A stretch of DNA of 64,000 nucleotides, taken from an uncultured Gammaproteobacteria bacterium (GTDB lineage Bacteria > Patescibacteriota > Microgenomatia > CAYGWK01). Made by a program: the position numbers and the translations under genes. Positions 28,697-39,154 of the stretch are shown one piece after another. The notes below the pieces were generated by a model. It was not told where the DNA came from, did no database searches, and saw nothing but the letters and a program-made list of their open reading frames with translations. The DNA lies in contig CAYGWK010000004.1 in NCBI GenBank assembly GCA_964353785.1, positions 22,730 through 86,729 on the forward strand, read 5' to 3'. Within the stretch, counting starts at the first letter, position 1, and every line of letters begins with the position of its first letter.

Positions 28697-29472
28697 TGAG
28701 AGAATTTAAAGAAGAAGAACTTAAAAAATTAAAAACAGAAGGACAGGTAACAATAATTGGGGGTTCCAGTCTTTTTCATGGAGCGCCGATTTTAGCCTTA
28801 AAAACAGCCTCTCGAATGGTTGAGATGGTCTTTTTTGCCTCACCTGAACCTTCGGTTGGTAAGGTGGCAGAAGAGTTAAAAAGCAAACTTTCCTCTTTTA
28901 TTTGGGTGCCCTGGGAAGAGGTAGGAAAATATATTAAAAAATCAAATGCAGTTCTCATCGGTCCTGGTTTTATGCGTCATCGTAGCGAGAGTAAGGAAAT
29001 AACCGAGAAATTTTTATCAAAATTTCCAGAAAAACAATGGGTGATTGATGCCGGTTCGCTCCAGGTGATGGAAACAAAATTTATTCCTAGAAATGCCATT
29101 TTGACACCAAACATAAAAGAATTTGGAATACTTTTTGGAGTTGAAGCCAGTGCAAAAATTATATCCTCGCTCGCTCAAAAACACTCTTGTGTTATTGTTT
29201 TTAAAGGTCCAGAGACAATTGTTTGTTCATCCAAAGAATGCGTTTCGGTTAAAGGCGGAAATAGGGGACTTGAGAAAGGTGGAACTGGAGATGTTTTAGC
29301 AGGATTAATCGTGGCTTTAGCCGCCAAAAATCCGCCATTTCTGGCCGCCTGCGTTGCTTCCTGGATTGTAAAGCGCACAGCTGACCAGTTATATAAAAAG
29401 GTAGGTTTTGCCTACAACGCCGACGATTTAGCCGAAAAAATTCCCGAAGTTTTGGGAGAATATCTTCGTTAA
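28696..29472 (+). CDS. nnrD: NAD(P)H-hydrate dehydratase (YjeF C-terminal domain)
   Basis: IIGGS..FHGAP, IGPG, VIDAG, LTPN..EF, GGTGDVLAG. Confidence 0.85.
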   Translation: MREFKEEELKKLKTEGQVTIIGGSSLFHGAPILALKTASRMVEMVFFASPEPSVGKVAEELKSKLSSFIWVPWEEVGKYIKKSNAVLIGPGFMRHRSESKEITEKFLSKFPEKQWVIDAGSLQVMETKFIPRNAILTPNIKEFGILFGVEASAKIISSLAQKHSCVIVFKGPETIVCSSKECVSVKGGNRGLEKGGTGDVLAGLIVALAAKNPPFLAACVASWIVKRTADQLYKKVGFAYNADDLAEKIPEVLGEYLR

Positions 29473-29517
29473 TCTTTCTTCATTGTTTTTTTCCGCAGAA
29501 TTTGCGATAATTAATTT

Positions 29518-30570
29518 GTGTACCAGCCAAAATATACTATTACCAACGAAATTTTGAAAAATATTGGCACTGTCGAAGCCTGTCGAGAAGTAATTGACAA
29601 TGCCCCCCTTGTTCCTGCTTGGGAGAAAAAGTTTCGGGAAGAGGCGATGGTGCGGACTGTTCACTATGGCACCCATCTTGAGGGAAATGAACTTTCTTTT
29701 TCTGAAGCAGAAAAAGTTTTGGAAGGACAAAAAATTGTTGCCAAAGACCGGGATATTCAAGAAGTAATAAATTATCGTAATGTTTTAAGATATATTGATA
29801 GTCTGGAGCAAAGGCAGTATACAGAAGAACAGATTAAGACAATTCATAAACTAACAGTTCATAAACTTATTCCTAAAAACCAGTCTGGAAAATTTCGCCA
29901 AACCCAGGTAGTTTTAAGAAACAGTCAGACCGGAGAAATTGCTTTCAGACCGCCACCTTTTGCCGAGATTCAGGTGCTTATTTCTGATTTTCTGGATTGG
30001 TTAAATAGCGAGGAACAAAAAGCAGTTCATCCGGTTATTCGGGCTGGGATTACCCATTACACCTTGGCGGCTATTCATCCTTTTGTTGAGGGAAATGGGA
30101 GAACTGCCCGAGCTTTTGCTACTTTAGTTTTGTTTTCCGAAGGCTATAATATTAAAAAATTTTTCTCTTTAGAGGAGTATTTTGACAAAGACGCTGCTTC
30201 TTATTATTCATCCTTAATGCAAGTTTCAAACCAAAATGAAAATCTAACTCAGCGAGATTTGACTTGCTGGATTGAATATTTCTCAAAAGCCTTAAGCGTT
30301 GAGTTGACCAGGATAAAAGAGAGAGTGAGAAAACTTTCGGTTGATTTAAAACTTAAAAAAAGAATCGGTCAGCAAATTGCTTTATCAGAACGGCAAATGA
30401 AGCTGGTTGAATACCTGGAGGAGTATAAAGAAATCACCGTGCCCCAGGCTCGCCAGATTCTTCAAATGGTTTCAGATGACACGATTTTGCGGGATTTGAA
30501 AGACCTTTTAAAAAAGGGTATAGTTAAAAAAGAGGGGCGGACAAAGGCCGCTCGGTATGTGATGAAATAA
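29518..30570 (+). CDS. Fic-family protein with C-terminal wHTH
   Basis: HPFVEGNGRTAR Fic motif. Confidence 0.92.
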   Translation: MYQPKYTITNEILKNIGTVEACREVIDNAPLVPAWEKKFREEAMVRTVHYGTHLEGNELSFSEAEKVLEGQKIVAKDRDIQEVINYRNVLRYIDSLEQRQYTEEQIKTIHKLTVHKLIPKNQSGKFRQTQVVLRNSQTGEIAFRPPPFAEIQVLISDFLDWLNSEEQKAVHPVIRAGITHYTLAAIHPFVEGNGRTARAFATLVLFSEGYNIKKFFSLEEYFDKDAASYYSSLMQVSNQNENLTQRDLTCWIEYFSKALSVELTRIKERVRKLSVDLKLKKRIGQQIALSERQMKLVEYLEEYKEITVPQARQILQMVSDDTILRDLKDLLKKGIVKKEGRTKAARYVMK

Positions 30571-30578
30571 GAAGCAAA

Positions 30579-30773
30579 ATGAGTCCAACTGACCCTCAGT
30601 TTTTATATATGATTTTGGTTCTGCCCACCCTTTTTGGGTTGACCTTGGTGGGTGAGGGATTAAATAAAATTTTGAAAAATGAAATGGCTGGTTGGCTTTC
30701 AATCGTTTTTGGAATTTTGTTTATTGGTGTGGTTATTTTTGCTTTCTTTTTCTTTTCTTCTGCCCTAAGGTAA
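30579..30773 (+). CDS. Small two-TM membrane protein
   Basis: 64-aa hydrophobic ORF tightly packed in the operon. Confidence 0.6.
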   Translation: MSPTDPQFLYMILVLPTLFGLTLVGEGLNKILKNEMAGWLSIVFGILFIGVVIFAFFFFSSALR

Positions 30774-30776
30774 TAT

Positions 30777-32546
30777 ATGGAATTTGCAAAACTCTCAGAG
30801 TTTCTTCAAAACCTTGAAGAGACTCCCTCAAGAAATAAAATGATTGAGATTCTAGCCGAACTCTTCAAGGTCTCGAGTAAAGATGAAGTTGACAAAATTT
30901 GCTATCTTTCTTTAGGTCAACTGGCGCCTTTATATGAGGGTATTGAGTTTAATCTAGCCGAGAAAATGATGATAAGAGCCTTGGCGCAGTCCTTTAATTT
31001 GAGTGAGAGCAAGATAAAGAAACATTCTAAAAAACTTGGTGATTTAGGCGATGTTGTCACCGAGCTAAAGCCCAAAACTCGCGCCTTAAAACTTTCGGTA
31101 CTCCAGGTTTATAAAAGGCTTTATGAGATTGCGATGGAACAAGGCGAGGGTTCAGTTGGGAGAAAAATCTCCAAAATGGCAACCCTTTTAGGCGAGCTGG
31201 ATTCTCTAAGCGCCAAATATGCAGTCAGAATTCCTCTTGGTAAGCTTCGTCTTGGTTTTTCGGAATTAACAATTATGGATGCTTTATCTTGGATGACTGC
31301 CGGGGATAAATCAAAAAGGAAGGAGATTGAAGAGGCTTACAACGTTAGGGCGGATATTGGCCAGATTGTAAGGCTTGTAAAAGAAAAAGATTTAAAGGGT
31401 TTGGCGCAAGTTAAAGTTTCTTTAGGAACGCCAATCATGCCTGCTTTATGTCAAAGACTGCCGACAGTTGAGGAGATGATTGAAAAAATGGCCTCTGGCC
31501 CGGAGGGGCGAGTGGCGGTTGAGCCAAAATATGATGGTACTCGGCTTCAGATTCATTTTGGTAAAAAAGATTTTATCCGGATTTTTACCCGAAATCTGGA
31601 AAATGTCACCCAGATGTTTCCTGACATAGTTAAATCTTTACCAGAAGAAATCAATGCTCGGGAGGTGATTTTGGATGGAGAGGCGATTGGTTTTGACCCC
31701 AAAACCGGCAGATTTTTACCCTTTCAAGAAACAATCAAAAGAAAAAGAAAATATGAAATTACCCAAAAAGCCAAAGAAATTCCTTTGAAGTTCTTTTGCT
31801 TTGATATTTTATTTTACGCCAGTAAAAGAACGACCGCAGGGAGTTCATATAAAGATGGTCAGGATCTTTTAAAAGTCCCTTTTAATAAAAGAAGGGAAGT
31901 TTTGGAGAAAACTCTTTCTTTAAAAAACAAAACCATTATCTTATCCCTGCAAATTGTAACCAGCGATCCAGAGGAACTTCGGAGATATCATGATGAGCAG
32001 ATTAAGAAAGGTTTGGAGGGCGTGGTAGTTAAGAAATGGGAGGCAGCTTATGATCCGGGTCGGCGGGGTTATACCTGGGTTAAATTTAAGCAGGAGAAAG
32101 GCAAAAAGGGCGGAGGACTGGCCGACACTTTGGATTGTGTAGTTATGGGTTATTATAAAGGTAGAGGCAAAAGAGCCGGATTTGGGATTGGCGGATTTTT
32201 GGTAGGCATAAGAGAAAAAGAGGGAAGCGACAGATTTTTAACCATCTCCAAAATTGGCACCGGACTAACTGACCAGCAGTGGCGAGAAATGAAAAAGCGT
32301 GGAGACAAAGTTGCCGTTAAAGAGCCTCCCAAACAATATCAAGTTGATAAAAATCTCATTCCTGATGTTTGGTGCAGTCCTTGGATTGTGGTTGAGGTTG
32401 AAGCAGATAATATTACCAAATCGCCAATCCATGCCGCCAAATACGCCCTTCGTTTTCCCCGCCTTGTTCGCTTCCGGGATGATAAGTCTCCCCAAGAAGC
32501 AACCACTTTAGCTGAAGCCGAGAAACTCTACAGGCTTCAAAAATAA
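30777..32546 (+). CDS. ATP-dependent DNA ligase (archaeal/LigB-type)
   Basis: N-terminal DNA-binding domain; EPKYDG, LDGE, EGVVVK, WVKFK, LRFPR motifs. Confidence 0.93.
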   Translation: MEFAKLSEFLQNLEETPSRNKMIEILAELFKVSSKDEVDKICYLSLGQLAPLYEGIEFNLAEKMMIRALAQSFNLSESKIKKHSKKLGDLGDVVTELKPKTRALKLSVLQVYKRLYEIAMEQGEGSVGRKISKMATLLGELDSLSAKYAVRIPLGKLRLGFSELTIMDALSWMTAGDKSKRKEIEEAYNVRADIGQIVRLVKEKDLKGLAQVKVSLGTPIMPALCQRLPTVEEMIEKMASGPEGRVAVEPKYDGTRLQIHFGKKDFIRIFTRNLENVTQMFPDIVKSLPEEINAREVILDGEAIGFDPKTGRFLPFQETIKRKRKYEITQKAKEIPLKFFCFDILFYASKRTTAGSSYKDGQDLLKVPFNKRREVLEKTLSLKNKTIILSLQIVTSDPEELRRYHDEQIKKGLEGVVVKKWEAAYDPGRRGYTWVKFKQEKGKKGGGLADTLDCVVMGYYKGRGKRAGFGIGGFLVGIREKEGSDRFLTISKIGTGLTDQQWREMKKRGDKVAVKEPPKQYQVDKNLIPDVWCSPWIVVEVEADNITKSPIHAAKYALRFPRLVRFRDDKSPQEATTLAEAEKLYRLQK

Positions 32547-32570
32547 TTTGTACTGGTGTAAAATAAAGAC

Positions 32571-33107
32571 ATGCGGAAGCATAAAAATTTGCTTCTCTTT
32601 ATTCTGGGTTTGGTAGTGGCTTATTTTCTTTCGCAAAATCAAGGGTTTGGCGATTTTTTGGTTAGGCTTGGAAATTACGGATATTTAAGCGCCATTTTAG
32701 CCGGTGCTTTATTTGTTTCAACTTTTACGATTGCCACCGGCGCTTTAATTTTAATGACCCTGGCTAGGACTCTTTCTCCAATTGAGCTGATTTTACTGGC
32801 AGGAATTGGAGCAGTTTTGGGTGATTTGCTTATATTTCTTTTTGTCAAAGACGATGTGGTGAAGGAGATTGAGCCGATTTACAACGAAATAACCGGCAGT
32901 CATTTAAAAAAAATCTTACATACAAGATATTTTGCTTGGACTCTACCTGTGGTGGGTGCTTTTATTATTATTTCACCTTTACCTGATGAGCTTGGAGTAA
33001 GCTTAATGAGCGTCTCGGAGATAAAAACTGGAAAATTCTTGATAATTTCCTGGGTTTCCCATACGGTGGGAATGTTTTTGCTAGTTTCTGCCTCTTTGAT
33101 AGTTTAG
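32571..33107 (+). CDS. Membrane protein (possibly DedA/VTT-like)
   Basis: Multi-TM with GAVLGD and SPLPDELG patterns. Confidence 0.6.
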   Translation: MRKHKNLLLFILGLVVAYFLSQNQGFGDFLVRLGNYGYLSAILAGALFVSTFTIATGALILMTLARTLSPIELILLAGIGAVLGDLLIFLFVKDDVVKEIEPIYNEITGSHLKKILHTRYFAWTLPVVGAFIIISPLPDELGVSLMSVSEIKTGKFLIISWVSHTVGMFLLVSASLIV

Positions 33108-33111
33108 TCTG

Positions 33112-34446
33112 ATGAAAATAATCGCCGACCTTCATTTTCATAGTAAATACTCCCGAGCCGTTTCTCAACAAATGGTTCTACCTGAGATTGGCCGCTGGGC
33201 TAGACTTAAGGGAATTGATTTGGTGACGACTTCTGATTTTACTCATCCTTTATGGCTTAGGGAGATTAAAGCGAATCTTGAGGAGACAGGAGAGGGGATT
33301 TATAGACTTAAAGGACAAGAAAAACCCCTGTTTTTGCTGACAACCGAAATCTCAAGCATTTATACCCAAAATGGAAAACTTCGGCGGATTCACAATCTTG
33401 TCTTTGCTCCAAGCCTTTTGGAAGCGGAAAAAATTGAAACTGAGTTGGCTCGGCGGGGAAATGTAATGAGTGACGGAAGACCCATTTTTGGTTTATCGGC
33501 CCGAGATTTAGCGGCTTTGATTTTGGATACTTCTCCCCAGGCTTTAATTGTTCCCGCCCATGCTTGGACTCCTCATTTTTCTTTATACGGTTCAGAATCA
33601 GGTTTTGACTCACTTTCCGAATGTTTTGGTGATATGGCGAAAAACATTTACGCTATCGAGACCGGACTGTCAAGCGACCCAGCCATGAATTGGAGAATAG
33701 AGGAGTTGGACAACCGGTCAATTATTTCCTGTTCCGATGCTCACTCGGGGGCAAAGTTAGGTAGGGAAGCCACGGTTTTTGAGATAGACGATATTAAGAA
33801 ATTAAGATACGAGGATATTAAAAAAGCAATTATCCAATCATCTAATCATCTAATCAACCAGTCACCTAATATAGCTTACACTATTGAATTCTATCCTGAG
33901 GAAGGGAAATATCATTATACTGGCCATCGAAATTGTGGGGTCAGGCAATCGCCGGAGGAAACGAGCCGACTAGGGGAGACTTGCCCTGTTTGCGGTAAAC
34001 ATCTGACTGTCGGAGTGATGCACAGGGTCGAACAACTTGCTAGTCGAAATGTAGAAGGGAAAATGGATAATTCGGAGTTGGGAATACGTTGGGTTAAACA
34101 TCCAGAAGACAGAAGACCACCATACGTCATGTCAGTCCCGCTTTTAGAGATTTTAGCCGAATCATTAGAAACGACAGTAGGTAGCCAAAAGGCAATTTCT
34201 GAGTATAAAAATTTAACATCGAATTTTGGGGGAGAATTTGGGGTTTTGCTAAATACTGAAATCCAAGAAATTGCTAAAATTTCCGGTCCAAGAGTGGCCG
34301 AAGGGATTAAAAAAGTTCGCTCTGGAGAAATTGTGGTTGAGCCAGGATATGATGGAGTTTTTGGGACAGTCAAAATTTGGCCAGAGGAATCCTCCTTCGC
34401 TAAAGCTACGGAGGACAAGGAAAAAGAACAACTAGCGCTTTTTTAA
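33112..34446 (+). CDS. Endonuclease Q family (PHP domain) protein
   Basis: DLHFHSKYSRA, ETGLSSD, SDAHS, EGKYH...C...CPVCG, PGYDG. Confidence 0.85.
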   Translation: MKIIADLHFHSKYSRAVSQQMVLPEIGRWARLKGIDLVTTSDFTHPLWLREIKANLEETGEGIYRLKGQEKPLFLLTTEISSIYTQNGKLRRIHNLVFAPSLLEAEKIETELARRGNVMSDGRPIFGLSARDLAALILDTSPQALIVPAHAWTPHFSLYGSESGFDSLSECFGDMAKNIYAIETGLSSDPAMNWRIEELDNRSIISCSDAHSGAKLGREATVFEIDDIKKLRYEDIKKAIIQSSNHLINQSPNIAYTIEFYPEEGKYHYTGHRNCGVRQSPEETSRLGETCPVCGKHLTVGVMHRVEQLASRNVEGKMDNSELGIRWVKHPEDRRPPYVMSVPLLEILAESLETTVGSQKAISEYKNLTSNFGGEFGVLLNTEIQEIAKISGPRVAEGIKKVRSGEIVVEPGYDGVFGTVKIWPEESSFAKATEDKEKEQLALF

Positions 34447-36147
34447 ATGAAATTATCAAAACTTCAGTTAATTCTTCTGATTTTGGCTGCTGGCGCTCTA
34501 GTTTACTTCAACTCTCTTTTTAATGGCTTTGTTTGGGATGACGAGGAACAGATTGTTAAAAATACCTTGGTTCAAAATTTTTCTAACCTGCCTTTGATTT
34601 TTAGATACAGCACTTATTACGGTGGAGGAGGGGCGCCAACTGGTTGGTTCTATCGGCCGATGATGACTCTTTCTTATTTAATCAATTATTCTCTCTGGGG
34701 ACCAAATGCTTTTGGTTTCCACTTTTTTCAAGTAATTATCCATCTTTTGAATGCTGCCTTAATATTTTTGGTTTTTTCAGAGATTTTTTCTAGAGAGAAG
34801 TTGTCAAATTCGAAGATTGTCGGCTTCCTGACGGCTTTAGTTTTTGTGGTCCATCCAGCCAACGTTGAAGCCGTGGCTTACATCGCCGCCCTTCAGGAAA
34901 GTCTTTATACCCTTTTTGCCCTATCCATTTTTTTAGTTCTTCTTTGGTTTAAAAAAACCCAAGACTTTCGGTACTGGTTTTTACTGACTTTTTTGCTTTT
35001 ATTATCTTTACTTTCTAAAGAGTCAGCTCTCTTTATTATTCCTCTGATGTTTGTTTTTTTGTTTTTCTTTCAGAAAGAAAAAATTGTTGGTTGGGTTTTT
35101 TCTTCAATCTTTGCTTTTTTAGGTTATCTTTTTTTAAGATTGGTTGTAGCTCAAATTCCCCTTCTCTCTCCTGATATTGGTCCGGTGGCAGAGTCTTCCT
35201 TAAGCCAGAGATTAACGAGTCTACCTTACGAGACAGTTTCTTATTTGCGAATTATCTTTTTCCCAAAAGATTTATTTATTTCCCAACACACTCTAATTAC
35301 AGACCTCTCTGATTTTCGTTTTTGGGGTTTCCTGCTTTTGCTTTTACCCTGCGTTGCCTTTTTTACTTGGTTTGGAGCCAGGAAAAAATCAAAATTATTT
35401 TTCTTTTTTGCTTTTTGGTTTATCGGCTCGCTTAGCCTTGTTTTAAACATTATTCCTTTGGACATGATCGTAGCTGAGCGCTGGCTTTATTTTCCTTTAA
35501 TTGGTTTTTTAGGGATGATGGCAATGATTTTAGCCTGGTTTGATAGGTTTTCTCGAGTCTCTCGTTTGGTGGTTCCTTTGTTTTTGGCGGCGGTGGTTTT
35601 GCTGGGGGCGAGAACAGTGATAAGAAATACCAATTGGCACAATGGGTTGACTTTATATGGTCATGATATTCATCTTAATCCTGATGCTTTTGACCTTCAA
35701 AACAATTATGGAGTTGAGTTATTTAGAGCCGGGAAAATTGACGAAGCCAAAATCCATTTTGAGCGCTCAATTGAACTTTATCCTCGCTGGTGGTTTGCCT
35801 ACAACAATTTGGGAGCAGTTTATGGAAGAAAAGGAGATTTGGTCCAGGCAAGAAGACTCTACGAGCAGACACTTAAAATTTCTGATTATTATTCGGCTTA
35901 TGAGAATTTGGGTTTTAATCTTCTTAAAACAGCCAGTCCAGAGGAAGCGATTTCTTTTTTAGTAAGAGCAATTTTAAAGTTTCCCCAAAACTCAAGATTA
36001 AGAGTGGCTTTAGCCTTGGTTTATTATAAAGAAGGGAGACAAAAGGAGGCAGAAAAATTTGCCCAAGAAGCCTATTTTCTTGAACCATCAGCCCAAAACA
36101 GAGCCTTGCTTGAAACAATCATCTCTAAGGAAAAAATTGATTTTTAG
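34447..36147 (+). CDS. TMTC-like GT-C glycosyltransferase with TPR repeats
   Basis: FVWDD, YRP, HP..VEAV, SKE, AERWLY motifs, then TPRs. Confidence 0.8.
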   Translation: MKLSKLQLILLILAAGALVYFNSLFNGFVWDDEEQIVKNTLVQNFSNLPLIFRYSTYYGGGGAPTGWFYRPMMTLSYLINYSLWGPNAFGFHFFQVIIHLLNAALIFLVFSEIFSREKLSNSKIVGFLTALVFVVHPANVEAVAYIAALQESLYTLFALSIFLVLLWFKKTQDFRYWFLLTFLLLLSLLSKESALFIIPLMFVFLFFFQKEKIVGWVFSSIFAFLGYLFLRLVVAQIPLLSPDIGPVAESSLSQRLTSLPYETVSYLRIIFFPKDLFISQHTLITDLSDFRFWGFLLLLLPCVAFFTWFGARKKSKLFFFFAFWFIGSLSLVLNIIPLDMIVAERWLYFPLIGFLGMMAMILAWFDRFSRVSRLVVPLFLAAVVLLGARTVIRNTNWHNGLTLYGHDIHLNPDAFDLQNNYGVELFRAGKIDEAKIHFERSIELYPRWWFAYNNLGAVYGRKGDLVQARRLYEQTLKISDYYSAYENLGFNLLKTASPEEAISFLVRAILKFPQNSRLRVALALVYYKEGRQKEAEKFAQEAYFLEPSAQNRALLETIISKEKIDF

Positions 36148-36211
36148 GCTATTGACAACGGTTGAGAATTTATGAGACGATTAAGACGGAGAAGGGAGGT
36201 GACATAAATAA

Positions 36212-36535
36212 ATGGCTGAAGGAAAAAGCGGGCTTGGATTGCCGACGAACACGGCGGCGGCCCTCTCCTATGTCTTGGGTTGGCTAACCGGAATAGTTTT
36301 TCTCTTAATTGAAAAAGACCCATTTGTTCGCTTCCACGCGATGCAGTCAATCATTACTTTTGGACTTTTGACTATTATTTCCTTTGTTCCCATAATTGGT
36401 TGGTTGCTTTCTCCATTGGCGATGATAGTCGGTTTTGTTCTTTGGTTAGTTTTAATCTTCAAGGCTTATCAGGGAGAGGAATTCAAACTGCCGGTGATTG
36501 GGGATTTTGCCAAGAAACAAGTAGGTAAAATTTAA
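36212..36535 (+). CDS. DUF4870 membrane protein
   Basis: AALSY...EKDPFVRFHAMQS...KAYQGEEFKLPVIG. Confidence 0.85.
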   Translation: MAEGKSGLGLPTNTAAALSYVLGWLTGIVFLLIEKDPFVRFHAMQSIITFGLLTIISFVPIIGWLLSPLAMIVGFVLWLVLIFKAYQGEEFKLPVIGDFAKKQVGKI

Positions 36536-36591
36536 CCCATCCCAACCGTCTTCAGACCTTCATTTTTAAGGTTTGTTTGGGGTGGGTTTTT
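36535..36591 (+). terminator. Hairpin plus T-run (probable terminator)
   Basis: ACCCATCCC...GGGGTGGGT followed by TTTT. Confidence 0.5.
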
Positions 36592-36611
36592 AGTGGTAAA
36601 ATCAAAAGGAA

Positions 36612-37250
36612 ATGTTTAAAAATCGAGAAGAGGCAGGAAAAAAATTGGCGGAGAAGATACTTAGAGACATAAAAACTGAAAAACTGAAAAACAAGATTGT
36701 GATTTTAGCCATTCCTCGGGGTGGGGTGGTGATTGGGAAAGAACTGGCAAAAGTACTTGGCGCTCCTTTGGATGTTTTAATCACCAGAAAAATTGGCGCT
36801 CCAGGAAATCCAGAGTTGGCTGTTGGGGCGGTTGGCCCTGAAGGAATAAGGATTATAGACTGGGAACTGGCGAAAAGACTTGGAGCGGACCAAGATTATT
36901 TAAAATTGCAAATTGAAAATTTAAAATTGGAGATTGCCGAGAGAGAGGAAAAGTTTAGGGGAGACAAAAAAGAATTGGAAGTTACTGGGAAAATTGTAAT
37001 TTTAACTGATGATGGAATTGCTACTGGCGCCACAACTGAAGCAGCCATTGCTTGGCTTAAGAGCAAAAAGGTAAAAAAAATAGTTTTGGCAGTGCCGGTC
37101 GCTCCGCCAGAGGTGGTGGAGAAATTAAAGCCTTTGGTTGATGAACTAATCTGCCTTGACCAGCCAGAATTTTTCGCCGCCGTGGGACAGTTTTATCAGG
37201 AATTTTCCCAAATATCAGATGAAGAAGTGGTAAAATTATTAGAAAAATGA
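36612..37250 (+). CDS. Phosphoribosyltransferase-family protein
   Basis: AIPRGGV, RKIGAP.NPE, TDDGIATGAT. Confidence 0.9.
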   Translation: MFKNREEAGKKLAEKILRDIKTEKLKNKIVILAIPRGGVVIGKELAKVLGAPLDVLITRKIGAPGNPELAVGAVGPEGIRIIDWELAKRLGADQDYLKLQIENLKLEIAEREEKFRGDKKELEVTGKIVILTDDGIATGATTEAAIAWLKSKKVKKIVLAVPVAPPEVVEKLKPLVDELICLDQPEFFAAVGQFYQEFSQISDEEVVKLLEK

Positions 37251-37876
37251 AACTAATTGTTGGTCTTGGAAATCCAGGGAAAAAGTACGAAAACAGTCGG
37301 CATAATGTTGGGTTTATGGTGGTGGATGAATTGGCCAGAAAATTTCAAATTTCAAATTTCAAATTTCAAATTGACAAAAAAGCAAACGCGGAGATTATCA
37401 AAACTAGTCATGGAGGAGAAGAGATTGTTTTGGCAAAACCCCAAGTCTTTATGAATGCTTCTGGCTTTGCGGTTGCCAAGTTATGTAGCCATTTAGCCAT
37501 TGAGCAATTTAGCAATCTCTGGGTAATTCATGATGATTTGGACCTGCCTTTGGGAAAAATAAAAATTGTCCAAGGTCGAGGTTCAGCCGGGCATCATGGA
37601 ATAGAGTCAATTATCAGGGAACTTGGCACGGCTGATTTTGTCAGATTTCGGCTCGGAGTAGGCCATCCTCTGAAAGGGGATGAGTGGTATGTTTCTCAAG
37701 GCGGACCAGTTGATAAAAATGTCAAACATAAAGAAGTAGAGGAGTATGTTTTAGAAGAATTTTCTGGAAAAGATAGGGTTGAAGCAGGAAAAATGATTAA
37801 AAAGGCAGCCGAGGCAATTGAAATTTCTCTTGAAAAAGGAATAGAACAGGCAGAAAATCAGTTGAATCTAAAATGA
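37247..37876 (+). CDS. pth: Peptidyl-tRNA hydrolase
   Basis: IVGLGNPG..Y..SRHNVGF, FMNASG, HDDLD, GHHG. Confidence 0.95.
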   Translation: MKLIVGLGNPGKKYENSRHNVGFMVVDELARKFQISNFKFQIDKKANAEIIKTSHGGEEIVLAKPQVFMNASGFAVAKLCSHLAIEQFSNLWVIHDDLDLPLGKIKIVQGRGSAGHHGIESIIRELGTADFVRFRLGVGHPLKGDEWYVSQGGPVDKNVKHKEVEEYVLEEFSGKDRVEAGKMIKKAAEAIEISLEKGIEQAENQLNLK

Positions 37877-38175
37877 TTAACAAACCCCAGTTAGTTGGTG
37901 ATATTCTTAAAACTTTTGACCCCTTAAAAGATAAATATATTTCTCAAGAGTTTCAAAAATATGGTTATGATTTGGCAGTTGAATTAGGCGATTTAGAGCA
38001 TAAAGCTTTATACATAAAACTTGCCAAAGAAACTCCAAGGCAGATTTTGGAGCAAGCGAGAAATTTTGTTAAGGACGCGGGAAGAGTTAAAAGTAAGGCA
38101 AGGTTATTTATGTGGAAACTGGGAGAACTAAAAAATGAAAGAAAGCCTGTCTCAAAAAATCTACGCCGTTGTTAA
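37873..38175 (+). CDS. Hypothetical protein
   Basis: Operon-coupled 100-aa ORF. Confidence 0.6.
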   Translation: MINKPQLVGDILKTFDPLKDKYISQEFQKYGYDLAVELGDLEHKALYIKLAKETPRQILEQARNFVKDAGRVKSKARLFMWKLGELKNERKPVSKNLRRC

Positions 38176-38419
38176 ACAAATTCCTCCTGGAAAAGTAGCG
38201 ACTTATGGGAAGATTGCGGCTAAAATAGGAAATCCCCGAGCAGCCCGAGCCGTTGGCAATGCTCTTCACCGAAATCCTGACCCCAAAAACATTCCTTGCT
38301 ATCGAGTAGTAGATAGAAATGGTAGGCTGGCGCCGGGTTTTAGAGAACAGAAAAGAAAACTTTTGGCTGAAGGAGTAAAATTTAAAGATGGAAATCATGT
38401 ATGTCTAAAGTCTTTATAG
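38135..38419 (+). CDS. MGMT/Ogt-family DNA alkyl-repair protein
   Basis: IPPGKVATYG..A...RAVG, PCYRVV active-site motif. Confidence 0.9.
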   Translation: MKESLSQKIYAVVKQIPPGKVATYGKIAAKIGNPRAARAVGNALHRNPDPKNIPCYRVVDRNGRLAPGFREQKRKLLAEGVKFKDGNHVCLKSL

Positions 38420-39153
38420 GAACTTCGGGTTTTATGTATTCTCACTGGAAGGGAGAATTTTACCCCAAAGATTTACCCCAAAGAGAGTGGTTTGAATATT
38501 ATTGTCAGCATTTTGACTCGGTTGAACTTAATGTTTCTTTTTATCGCCTGCCCAAAAAAGAAGTATTTGCTGGTTGGCGAAGAAAAGCAGGTAAAAACTT
38601 TGTTTTTTCCATTAAAGGTAGCCGATTTATTACCCACATTAAGAAATTAAAAGATTGCCAGGAAGCGGTGGAGAGATTTTTTGAAGCCGCAGATTCCTTA
38701 AGAGGTCGGACCTCTCAGGAGGTCCGACCTCACCAGGGAAGGAATATCATTCTTTGGCAGCTTCCGCCAGGCTTAAAAGTAAATTCAGAAAGACTGGAGT
38801 TGTTCTTAAAAATCCTGCCCAAAGATTTTCGTCATGCCTTTGAGTTTCGCAGTTCGACATGGCTCACTGTAAAGGTTTGTGAATTGCTTCGGAAATATAA
38901 TTCCGCAGTTGTTTTTCAAGATTATCCTGATTGGCCGATTACTCGGGAGGAAACCGCTGATTTCGTCTATATCAGATTCCACGGAAACCGCGACCTTTAT
39001 TCTTCTGAATACACTGATGAGGAATTAAGAGAATGGGCAAAAAGAATTAAAAAATATTTAAAAGAGGGAAGTGATATCTATGTATATTTCAACAACGATG
39101 CATTGGGCTATGCAATTTCTAACGCTTTGACTTTGAAAAAGTTACTAGGTTGA
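38401..39153 (+). CDS. DUF72 family protein
   Basis: IGTSGF.Y.HW...FYP, VELNVSFY, QLPP, EFR, YIRFHG, YFNND. Confidence 0.9.
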   Translation: MSKVFIGTSGFMYSHWKGEFYPKDLPQREWFEYYCQHFDSVELNVSFYRLPKKEVFAGWRRKAGKNFVFSIKGSRFITHIKKLKDCQEAVERFFEAADSLRGRTSQEVRPHQGRNIILWQLPPGLKVNSERLELFLKILPKDFRHAFEFRSSTWLTVKVCELLRKYNSAVVFQDYPDWPITREETADFVYIRFHGNRDLYSSEYTDEELREWAKRIKKYLKEGSDIYVYFNNDALGYAISNALTLKKLLG

Positions 39154-39154
39154 A

